Of a stretch of DNA of 64,000 nucleotides, positions 24,675 to 36,600 are shown in pieces (position 1 is the stretch's first letter; every line of letters starts with the position of its first letter). Below the pieces are notes generated by a model. The model saw nothing but the letters and a program-made list of their open reading frames with translations, had not been told where the DNA came from and did not search any database. Source of the DNA: Trichoplax adhaerens. Taxonomy: Eukaryota; Animalia; Placozoa. The stretch spans positions 1,870,297 to 1,934,296 of the forward strand of contig NW_002060951.1 in assembly GCF_000150275.1 (NCBI RefSeq), in the 5' to 3' direction. Both the position numbers and the translations under genes were made by a program.

Positions 24675-27600
24675 ATGCTTAGTTTTAGTCGTCGTATTTG
24701 TGCAAGTACAATCAGGAATTCCTCCAGGAATGCTGTCATATCGCAGCGATCACTGCGTTCCGCTCCAATGTCATCATGGATCAAAAAACGACCAATCGTT
24801 TCTTACTGCAATGAGCTAGCAAACTCTGGAAGGTAAGTAGGATAATTTGTTCGGTAGCATCTGTTTTTTGTCTTCAACGGAATGGTAAAAGGGTGACCTT
24901 AAATCTGATGATGTTATCATTAACCCTTAAACCATCGCATTATTAATTGTTTTTCTCGCTTGAATTAGTAAATTCTTTATCTCGAATTCGTATTGTATTA
25001 AATTAGAAGTACTTTATAGAATGAAATTCTTATACAGTATCATTTTCGTACGTACGATTATACTTACGAGCATTAAGGAATATTTGTGCCTAAATGCTAA
25101 AAGATTGAAACTTAACTTGAAACTTATAACGATCGTTTATGTTCATTCCCTTTAGGACCAATATCTTATTACGATTAAACAACTTTAACAAGCAAAGTAA
25201 ATTGCTATTTTGCAGTCAGTGTAAGTATGAGGCTAATTTAAAGCAGATTATTTCATTAGCATTAAAGTCTTTAATAGTAAAGTAGCCGATAAACACTCTA
25301 CTGCGACAGTAATACGTATATGATGATGAATAGTTTATTCAATGCTCATGATAGCATAAAAGTCACAATTTACGAAATTATATTAAAAAGTACAACTATA
25401 TTCAGTTTATACTCCAATACACTTTGCAATAACCGTAAATGTTGCAATAACAATTGCTATTTATGACGATAGACTTCACACTTTCTAGCGTTTATCGGCA
25501 ATTCATCCATAAAAATAAAAACGGATGTATTATTTAATCATTGCGAACCTGACGGTTCTAAGTAAACATATTATCTCTTATCCAGCACTACCAGAACATG
25601 TCAAGGTTGCTTTTGCCTGCTTTGTCGCCCACTATGCAAATGGGTACCCTTTTAAGCTGGGAAAAGGCAGAAGGTGATGAATTGGAAGACGGAGATCTCC
25701 TGGCTTCAATTGAAACAGATAAAGCCACTATGGACTGGGAAACTCCTGAGGCTGGCTACCTAGCAAAAATTGTTACTCCAGAAGGCACTAAAGATATTCC
25801 AGTCGGCAAGGTCTAATATAATGTTTGTAATAGCACACGATTTTATATCGATGCTATATCACTCAACTGCCTGGTAATTGAAGTTTAACATTACTGCCGT
25901 TATATATATATATATATTATTTTACATAGTTGGTTTGTATCATCGTGGAAAACAAAGAAGATATTAATGCATTTAAAGATTTTAAGGATGAAGGTGGAGA
26001 AGTAACTGAGGCTGTGTCAGTATCATCTGAGACTGTACACGAACCAGCTCGTAGCCAAGAGGTGATTACTTCTGAGCCTGTAAGTAATACATGAATCAGT
26101 CAGATTGATACATATCATGTTAGACATTTTCCGTAAAATAAAATTGCTGTTTTATTACGGTTAGATAAGATACGAGTTTCTTAGGTAGATCATTTCTTTT
26201 CATAATATCATTATATGCATATCGTTAGGAGAAACCAATGCAACAATCTGTCGATACTACTTCAGCAAAAAGTGCTCTCACCCCTGCTGGTGATAGAATT
26301 TTTGCCTCTCCTTTAGCCCGTAGCATTGCAAGTGAACAGGGGGTTGATTTAGCTTCCATCGCTGGATCTGGGCCTGGAGGACAAATCAGGAAAGATGACG
26401 TCCTAAATTTTGCATCCACTCCAACTACTACTGCAGCTCCTCCCTCTGAAGGTGTGCGAAATACAGATATCGCTCTGATACAGAAATTGAGTTATGATTG
26501 ATTCATATCAAATCTTCTTGTATTAGTGTAAGCGATGACTCGATTTTTTGTTAAATTCATTTCAGCTCAATACGTCGATATTCCTATTTCCGGAGTTCGA
26601 AAAGTATGGGATAATAAGTCATCGCCGTTCTTATATAAAGTCTTTTAAAACTATGAAAAACTTAAATCCTCTATTTTTTGGATATTCCATTAATACTTGA
26701 TTGCGAAATTATTGATAGATCATTGCCAACAGGCTATCGGAATCAAAGCAAACTATACCTCACTATTATTTAACAGTAGATATTAATGTTGATGAAATCT
26801 TAAGGTAATCTTGATTACCATGTTTGCGCTACTAGTATAAAATACGCTGTATCGCTGCTGAACTACTAGCTCTCTATTCATTTCGTCTTAATAGTCTACG
26901 AAAGCGATTCAACGATATGGCAAATGGTAATTATAAATTATCTGTCAACGACTTTGTAGTTAAAGCAGCAGCTTTATCTATGAAAGAGGTTCCAGAAGTC
27001 AACTCTTCCTGGCACGATACTTATATCCGACAGTGAGTATCATTATTATTGGAGTTTAAGTTAGTATTTTAGCTGTTTATTCTCTTACCCACATCGAAAT
27101 AAGCGATTTGTTTGAAAAGTATATTGTGCCGTCCTTATAAATATATGCACTACAGTGCCTAGGACTCGAACGCGTTAAATGCATAGCTTACAGAATAAAG
27201 TATACAGCTCACACATTATCGTGTTACCTTCATCATACTGCATACAGTGGCCTACCTTTATAAATCGCTCTACATTGATAAAAATTTTGTTTTATAGGTA
27301 TAAAGGTGTTGATGTAAGTGTAGCTGTTGATACAGGTACCGGTTTGATTACACCCATAATATTTGACGCACATAACAAGGTAAAACATGATGCTTTGATA
27401 AATTCACTACTTTCATATTTTATAAATTGATTACCGTTCTCATAATTGCTAACAGGGTTTGTCAAGTATTAGTAGTGACGTTACATCGTTAGCTTTAAGG
27501 GCTAGAGAAAATAAATTAAAGCCGGAAGAATTTCAGGTTTGCTTACTATCGGCACTTTTTTTAGCGCTTGAATGTGATACTATATACATACATACTCCCA

Positions 27601-28099
27601 TATTAATAAACCTTCGAGATACGTATATGCTAAAGTATTGTTGACATTTAGGGTGGCACTTTTACTATATCAAATCTGGGTATGTTTGGTATCAAACAGT
27701 TTACTGCAATAATTAATCCTCCCCAGGTAATTGCAATATAAATTTAAATTCTGATCGCAATAAGAGTGTTACAATCACCTATCATTACTAACGATTTCGC
27801 ATTCTGCAGGCTTGTATACTAGCAGTTGGTACTACTGAAAAACGCATGATTCCGGATAATGATGTTGAATCTGGGTAGATATATTTACTTTTCTTGATCT
27901 TTACTACTAACAATTGTAGTTATAACTGTATCATTAAGAGAGCTATCTATCTGTTTATTATTGCGATAGTTACTCCACGGCTACCTTCATGTCTGTAACA
28001 TTAAGTTGTGACCATCGTATCGTTGATGGGGCCACGGGGGCTCGTTGGCTATCTGTTTTTAGAAGTTTAATGGAAAAACCGGAAACTATGCTGCTATGA
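24675..28099 (+). CDS. DLAT: Dihydrolipoamide acetyltransferase, PDH E2, mitochondrial (13 exons; apparent +1 frameshift in exon 3)
   Basis: Exon 1 (24675-24832) encodes an Arg/Ser-rich presequence, [18 protein letters not shown]. It is followed by a lipoyl domain ([16 protein letters not shown]), an E3/E1-binding domain ([22 protein letters not shown]) and the catalytic domain ([36 protein letters not shown]). Stop TGA at 28097-28099. Confidence 0.95.
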
Positions 28100-28211
28100 T
28101 TTGGTGCCCAGTATTTTATTGCAGAGAAATCTATCTAAAATCGAAAAGAACAAATATTTGGTGAAATTCAATTTAGACGTTTGATCATCTTGTAATTATT
28201 ATTTTTATTTG

Positions 28212-28217
28212 AATAAA
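28212..28217 (+). terminator. Putative polyadenylation signal of DLAT
   Basis: AATAAA about 113 nt after the stop codon. Confidence 0.5.
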
Positions 28218-28750
28218 TTAGAGTTTACCGCGTTCATTGTAAGCGATACCGTCTTGTTTTCTTAAAGAAACTAATGCCTTGCTAATACTAATTAGTAGGA
28301 AATACTAGGCAAATCTGCTCTTGGTATTGAAATAATATCTTCCGTTTTATTGCTAATCTAAATTAAGCATAGGAATATAACCGCATTTACAGCAACATTT
28401 TAAATGCAATATACAGTAGAGACTACTTTTGTGATTATTTATAAACCTTACAAGTTACCATAAAAGAGACTACATTCAATTTTTCAAAATAATAAACAGT
28501 ATTTCAACAATCGCAGATGTATCTATTGTTCTTTAAACAAATTACATGCGAGCTAAACAGAGCTCCGACTATAATATTTGTTCTAACATTGAAAATTTAC
28601 ATGGACGAAATCATAAGCGTTGAATTTGGTTATGATAAAAGTTCATTTTTAGGGTTACTATGGTGAAGTTATGATGCTAACTACAAATATAAATTATGAT
28701 CGATAATAAGGGAATCGCAGTCGCCTTGAAATATAAAGCACGATATGATC

Positions 28751-31700
28751 TTAATTTTCTTTCACGGTAGAATTATTATTTAGAACATAAATAGATTCCG
28801 GCTGTTTGGGTTCGACGGCGTAATCTACGTGAAACGCTAAATCTGCTAAACATTGTTTAGCAACCGCGATCGTTGCTAAATCGGATATCTAGAAATAGAG
28901 CAGTGCGACAACGATGAAAGGGAATTAGATTTTGCAACAGATCGAAGAAAATATTCTAATCGAGTACATACCGGTTGATACTCGACATCCGGTGGAGGAA
29001 ATTTAAAGTTCGGACCGAAATTGAGTGTCACCTATAATTTAATAATAGCCCCTTATCGTTAACACCCTTCTTAAAATATTAATTTTACAAAGCGACCTAA
29101 ATAATCCCTATAAATATTCCAGTACATTATACGAATAGCATACTGTAGATAATTCGACAAATTATTACATGCGTACTACATACCTGAGCAAATTTATATA
29201 TCGAAACTGCAGGATAATACGTTCCCTCAAAAATATTTTCCCATGCAACTCCTTGACGAATACCGTTTTTATATAAAATTATCTAAAAATGCAGGATAAA
29301 ACCTTCCGATCAATCGCCACTATATAAGAAAATGATAATGATCACTAGTATTACCTTACTACTTGGTAGCTCCTTTAATTTCTGTAATGAATCACCAAAT
29401 GTAGTAAATAAACTTCTGTTCTTAGCAAGAAATCTCACAAAAAGTAACCTTTGGTATCAATTAAGGTGCTAAATTTACCTTCTCTGCTTCAGTGGCGTTA
29501 TCACGAACTTCATAATAGCAAAAGCCCTTGAAGGTAATTAAAACCTAAAGTTCGAAGTGAAGGAAATGTAACGACCAATCAGCTCTATAAGTTAACACGA
29601 AGTAACTGTAACTATTGATATCTATACAATATTATGCCTACATTCAGTACAACAGCGAATTAATCACATACCTTATCTTTATAATTTTCTGGTAACAGGG
29701 TACCTACAAATTTAGATAAGTCATAAAGAATCAAGCGTTAGTGAAGAAATCTTTTAAGTACGTATACAAGACTAATCTTTTACAAATAGATTATAAGCGT
29801 TTATTTTTACCATCTTCCTTTCTAGGGAGGTAAATATAGAAACCCAACACGTCACCCTCCGAAAAACTATCACTAAAAGATTTTCCACGACTTTGATGAA
29901 ATCGTGTTCCTTTTCTGTTTCTCCATGAATAACTAAATTTATCGTATCCTAAAGGCGCTTGTAAGTTACCTAAAGATACAAAAATTATATCAGATTATAG
30001 TTGTAGCGTCATAAAATTTTAACAAGACTTCTTTACTAGAAAGCAACTTTCACAGTTACCGAACAGTTGAGACCATCCAAGCCTAACAGCGGCCTCCCCA
30101 TTACGTAAGTCGTCAACAGTCACTTCAAAATACCAGGCCCCTTCAGTTACCCCTAACAAAATAAAGAATTTTACAAATATTCATCCCAAAGGAGATAAAG
30201 GGATTGATTGTATCGTAAGCTAATTTTAAGAGTCTGATCATGTATTAACCATGAGTTGCTCTAGCCACAGCATATCCTTTATATCCAGTGACTGTTAGGC
30301 GATCATCAGAGACTTTTAATAGTTGGGCTAGAGATATTTTATGAAAACAAAATTTAATATTTAAACATCTTAGGTATTCATCCAATAAATTGATACGTAA
30401 AAATGTCATGTCTATACATTTATAATATAGTAAGTACAGTTGTTTATTGATGGTAGAAAAACTTTTAAAATGCGGTTACCCCTATCATTGAGTGAGACAT
30501 AAACTGCTGGAGCTGATACAGCTCGGTATATTCGCGCCGGCAGGGGCTTTTTGCCAAGCCAAACATCCGGATCGACGTCGTCCACTTTAGCCAGTGGGTC
30601 TTTCTCAGCTAAAATATATCGATAGCCGTCCTATTTCAATGGTGTAACAAATTTCAAGTCACGAGATCGAACAAGTACGACCGACCTATTTCAATACAGA
30701 TACTAAATGTTGTTTGGAAACCTTATTGAAAGGATGTTCTAAAGGATATCCATGCGCAGGTAATTCTTTTTGGGCTGAAGTAATATCTCTACAATGTGAA
30801 CAGTCAACGCGGTTTAAATGCTAAACGTGATAATTTTTGGATCTTCATACATTTGCATTAAGATCCTAGACTTACGTTCGTGATTTTTTACTGGCAGACT
30901 GGCTGTGCAATGTTTCACCCTTACGTCTACCACCACCACTTTCTTTGCCCCTTTTGTGACCATATTTCTCTTTTACAAGATCTTCGCTGGGATAATAATT
31001 TTTACTATAGACCATTAACGATGACTTGCTGTCAAATAGTAGGGGACTGATGGTAGATAACTCCTAATATAAAACTTGATTACTGAACTTTTCAAGGGCT
31101 TGCTATCGCATCTTAGCCATAATGCACAGATTTTATCAACTTACAACATCGCTCTTTAAACGGGCATAAACTACAGGCTTTCCACTATCGTTAGTTGTTT
31201 GATTACAAATAAAAAAATCTTTCTCCTTAATCTGCGAATATATAACAAAGCGATAATATAAATTTAATCATTTACATCAGTCGCGCTGGAACTAGGATCG
31301 ACAGGCGATTACCAATAATACCCAATGTGTCATGAGGTAATACAACAAATGTCAATGGCATACTTACTAAAACTTTATTAAGATTACCATGCCATGAAGA
31401 AGTTTTAGCACGATTAATAAAGATTGTGATCCAGTGTTCCTGAACAAAAGGGACGATATCCTGTTAAGCCAAGACATATTATTAATAATAAGGAACGCCA
31501 CATTGGAAATATATGCGTACAATTAGCAGATAGCGAAGCTAAATCTTTTAACTATAATTGACCTTCTCCTTGCAGAACATTTCTTCAGAATCAGGACGAG
31601 CTGTCATTAAATTGGCTAAAGCAGTAACACATACTTGTACTAAACCTGGAGTTAATAAAATAGTCCAAATGATTATAGTGTAAACACCTGCATCATCTCT

Positions 31701-33043
31701 TTACAGTAATAGCTGGTGGTTATCTCAGAAGTAATTGAGAAAATTCGGTAAGTAGCTGTAAATATTGATTGAGATGCACTTGTTTCCAAACAAAGTATTA
31801 ACGCTCATTATTGCAATTGTCATTGCCTCCTTGAACATCTTTTACTTACGTGCAGTCTTCAATTCAAATCTTTCATTATTATCGGTGCTACATCTCTTGC
31901 ACAAGTATTCGTAGTTAGTTAAATAGGGAATTAGTTTACTGCAAATAAATAAATAATAAAACAGCTATGATCAATATTAAATTAATGCGTTTAATAGTCC
32001 AATTTCCAACATGCGTAGTACAGGCAGTGCAGCATCGTTCCATTTAAGATCCAAAGCTAATATCCGGTAAACCAGCAGCCTAGACAGTACAGCGCTGCAG
32101 GCTATAACTCGCAGCATTCTTAGACTGTAAGGCAACTGGAGTTAATGGTATTACGAAATACTCTACCGATTTCAGAAGAAACGAAACCCTCCATACACTT
32201 CTATTAATGCTTTCAAAGCGTATATATTATACTGAAGGTATATTTTATACACCATCAAGGTATGACGATGACCGATGGACAACGCAATATCCAATATTAA
32301 TTGATATCGTAAATATGGTAACTGTACAATATGATATAGCAGTGAAATCGCACATTGATAATAATACAATCGAGGCTTATTGGAAAAAACAACAACAACA
32401 ACGTACTCTGAGGTAAATTCAGTACATTTGGCGTGAAACCAACATCGACAATCGACGCATTGAAATTCTACAGTTGTGCCATCTTTAAGTCGTTCTAGGC
32501 CGCTACAATAAGGATTGATATAAAAAAAATTTTCGTTAACTGGAAAATGAAAGACTGCCTAGTACAGTAAACATCTTGACTCTATCTCCAAGAAATCGGT
32601 AAGCGTATACTTTCAAATGAATGCGTACACTTGTTAAGGAGTAAATGGATATTTTAACTAGCAATAAACTACAGTACTGTAATATGCATACTGAGATCAT
32701 GTAGTCACGCTGCATACTGCATAAAATATCAACCTGGATTGCAAAACACTTTGTAAGTATTTATTAGTCGATCGTTAGACAATGTGAATAGTACTTCAAT
32801 GTGCAATTTCAGGCTAATGTACTATGCTCAACCATGCACTTGGTTGACATGTTATTCATCAATGGATGCAAACATCTTACCAGTAGCATTTACTGTTGAT
32901 ATCACTATCTTTCTGAGATCTCTGCTTCTCGTCCTAATAGTAGGCAAGGTAAGAAATTATTTACAAGTTTTGACTCCAATCGGTTACCCTATCGTCTTTA
33001 CCTTGCGCTCAGTATCTGTTAAATCTTCTCCCTCTAGCGCCAT
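28751..33043 (-). CDS. ASH2L: Set1/MLL (COMPASS) complex subunit ASH2 (multi-exon)
   Basis: Spliced minus-strand exons give MALEGEDL..; an atypical PHD ([28 protein letters not shown]); ALANL; [11 protein letters not shown]|[12 protein letters not shown]; a SPRY domain ([58 protein letters not shown]); and a C-terminal SDI-like helix (CLADLAFHV). Stop TAA at 28753-28751. Confidence 0.94.
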
Positions 33044-33104
33044 TCTTATATATGCGCTTTGAGCAAGATGCAGTACTCGAATGTCAAGAATTGAAATCGA
33101 ATGC

Positions 33105-33256
33105 TGTACAGTATAGTACTGTACTGTACAGTTATTTCACACTACCGTCCTAGTACAGTACCACACTACGCTGTGTACTGTACTGTACGTATAAAGCCAT
33201 TGTCCTCTGTGCATGAGTAGTATACGAACGTACCGTTTGTGTACAGTATTGTACTG
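33105..33256. repeat. (GTACW)n array, ASH2L-proximal
   Basis: ctgtacagtatagtactgtactgtacagt, gtactgtactgtacgta and gtacagtattgtactg. Confidence 0.85.
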
Positions 33257-33382
33257 AATGCCGTGCAGCTCGGGCCCGTGTTCTACTGCCTGATCAGATC
33301 GAAAAGTCACCCAATCACTAGCGTCATTCAAGACTGAAAATCCCGCGCCAGTCTGCATCTTCCTCTGAACCCTTAAACGATA

Positions 33383-33495
33383 TGTACTGTACACTGTACG
33401 TACAGTACATCGTACTGTACTGTACACTGTACAGTACACTGTGCAGGTACGGTATAGTACTGTACGCTTTCTTCTAACTCTACTGTACTGTACGG
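33383..33495. repeat. (GTACW)n array, ANAPC2-proximal
   Basis: gtactgtacactgtacgtacagtacatcgtactgtactgtacactgtacagtac ... tactgtactgtacgg. Confidence 0.88.
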
Positions 33496-33684
33496 TGCCT
33501 TGAAGTTCTTTGCTGTCTCTATACTGCAGCTGTAAAAGGTCGTGTGATTGTGGTTGGTTTGCATCAGAACAATAACTAGTCTCTTCTATTTTTGGTTCGT
33601 TCAAGTAAGACCACGACTGCGCTAGCAGAAGGAAAAGCTGTGACTGAACCATTTGCGCATGTGCGAATTTATTTTAAAACAAGA

Positions 33685-36600
33685 ATGGCGGCTAACCCTG
33701 ACTATACACAGCTATGGACAAACTTAACCTCTGCCTTGAAGGGAAATGAAATTACTATGCTAAAGGGTAAAATGACCATATTTATTCATTTTTTATTGCT
33801 AATTTAAATACTGATCATAAATACAAAATTGCTATTATACAGAACTGGCTACAACCACGGATTTGCGTGATGTATTCCCAGTCATTCGATGTTGGCATCT
33901 AGGTAAGACAACTTGAAAAGTTGTTTCAAATGAATTACAACTACGTAAAGTAATAATAATAATAATGCAATGGATATACTGATGATTAAAATATATTTAA
34001 CAAGATCATCAGCAATAACAATTATAACCTAACAGTCTATAAATGATTCGCAAACAGTACAGTAATGTGTATCAATGTTGCCCTACATACAGTAAGTCAA
34101 TGCCAAATACTGTACATAGTTCAATACTGACTTAGGGAATATAATGTACAGTGCAATGGATATATTTTAATATTTTACGAAGAGTACGCGCATATGGGCA
34201 ATTGTTAAAAGTATAAACATATAAGAACAATTTAAATTATTCATGGAATATGCATTGATTGAACAAATCTATCCACTAATTTAAACTGCGTTGAATGTCT
34301 CATAATCATGTAGATTATTTCCGATCCAGTATTTTACCAAAGATAAAGGAACATTTTTGGAAGCGCTTTCCCAATTATCAGGAAAAAGTGGGTGTAAATT
34401 TTACTACTAAAGTCATAAACATTGTAAATTTGAAGGCCATAACTAGTTCATGTTAAACCCTTAAATATTGAAAGTATGATAATACAATACTCCTTCGTAC
34501 TCATTCCTCAAGCGGAGGCCAAGCAGTAGATTTGATTATAAATATATACTAGTACAAACTCCCGTCGCTTTGCTGACGGTTTACGATAATGTGCTCATTT
34601 GTTAATAGTTAACTGATAGTATTACCATTTGATAGACCTGTCAGAGGTTCAGTAACTTTATACCGTGTATTTGTTAATAATTAATAGTTGTGATGGAGCT
34701 GCCACTTCACAAAATACTAATAAAGTGATAAATAGACTTCTTAAATTTGAAGATGTTTGACTCTCAGCTGCATCTGATATATTACTGTATATGCTGCGCA
34801 ATCGACTAAATTTACACGTATTATGCATATTTTACATATTGTCTACGTCAACATCATTTCGACACGCATCATAGCGATCTCAATGTGCAATAATAAACTA
34901 TGTTACTTACTGTTAGTTATTGCTATCGAAGACTGTGAATGATATTCAGCTTGAAGTGGCTTATATAAAACATTTCTTCTGAAGGTATTAAATGAAATTT
35001 AACGATTAATCTACGACGTTATAGGACATCAAAGAAGCCAACTGGAATGGAGTAATTAATTCTTTCAGTTATTTGCATAAACATGTGCAATCCGCTGTCA
35101 CTCCGATTGTCTTCTTGGATGACTTAGTTTTTAATCATAGCAGGTAACGTTTGCATTTACATAACATAGTACAAAAGTGGTATAGTAAACTAACATATAC
35201 GAATGATTAAATTATCCATTAGTGGTATGCAATAGCGCAGATATTAGTCGAATGATGTAAAGATACTGCGAAATACCTCTGTAGAAATTAAATTATTATA
35301 CGTACATGTAGAATTATAATCTATAATTACAAATTAAGATTAATGCAAAAGAATTTTTAAAGCTATAATTCGTTTTGCAGCGATCCGTTACGCCAGGAGT
35401 ACTATCGGCTATCTTGGTCCGTTGTTTTTGACAAGTTTTCGCAATCAGTTATTGATTCTCTGGAGAATTTTTATTCGATAGCCCTGTCCATATTTTTACA
35501 TTTTCACCAAGATGACTGGGAAGGTTGCAAACTGCCAATGATTAAAGAATTTTTGCGAACTGAAAGAAATTATTTAAATTACTTTATTGATATTTTAACT
35601 AAAATTTTGCAGCAAACGATTTAATTATTATGATACAATGGGATCCACACATATACGCTTAATTATTTTGTAAATACAAAAATAGGTATTAATTATGTAT
35701 TATATCATCAATTTAGGCGATAGTTTGCCAACAGAATTATCTGAATTGATTGATAATGGTTATTCACCTGAGAACTTAATGGAAGAATTTAAAAATTTCA
35801 ATTCACAAGTAAACAACTTGCAAATTGTCAAGAAAGTTTGTTCTGCCTGCTTTACCGAAGTACTATACAATCATGTAAGATAGTTAATCGCCCTTGAATT
35901 CATAGCTCTAAATGTTAGGATAATAAAGCTATGTTAATATTGAATGTTGCCTTACCAAATAAATAACATCGATAAATTAACGTAACAGTAAGGCTTTACG
36001 TTCTCTATTAAACTTACTAGATCGACAACCACATCCGTGAAATTTGTACAGGACAGTATGATCAGTACTGCTTGCCTCAAATGGAATCTTGGATTAACAA
36101 TTTCTTACTAAAATGGCTTCAGACCGTGCTGGCTGGTATGTAAAATTTTAGATAATAACATAACCGTCCCTGTGGACGTATATTAAGTAGCCGCAATACA
36201 AAATCACTTACTAAGACTATCCTCGTTTGACTTTTAACACGTGGATATTTTGCTTACCTAACAAATCGAAGATTGTTTTTTAACTATTTATATTTATCTA
36301 ATAGAAGACGATACAGTAACCTCTTGGAAGACCTTCATGATCCATCAGTTATACAAAGTATATGGAGAACTAAGGTGATATTTATTGTAATCATATACCA
36401 CAAATTTGTTAAAAAAACTGATAACAACGTAATTTTATTTACAACCGCGTAAATAGTTACTAATCAGTTCAAAATGATGTAATTAATTTTCGTTTTATCC
36501 ATAGGATTTCAGAATTATTTGATATCATTATCGACTTTCCAGAATCAAAGGCTAGTTTAGAGGAGTTAAAGGTATATCTACTCCGTTGATATAGGCTGTC

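Larger units (their letters stand above)
33044..33684. promoter_or_regulatory. Bidirectional promoter between ASH2L and ANAPC2 (641 bp between the ATGs)
   Basis: Head-to-head ATGs, both in the context AAGAATGGCG. The central core has CCAATCA at 33311 and E2F-like TCCCGCGCCA at 33341. Confidence 0.75.

Noticed and set aside
28845-28880. Overlapping inverted repeats tgctaaacattgtttagca / tttagcaa..ttgctaaa
   Set aside because: They lie within the last ASH2L coding exon and can be explained by repeated Leu-Ala/Ala-Lys codons.
32172-32416. Two overlapping short ORFs in an ASH2L intron
   Set aside because: No recognisable homology, and the length is as expected by chance.
33137-33652. 171-aa and 63-aa minus-strand ORFs
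   Set aside because: Same repeat artefact, within the bidirectional promoter.
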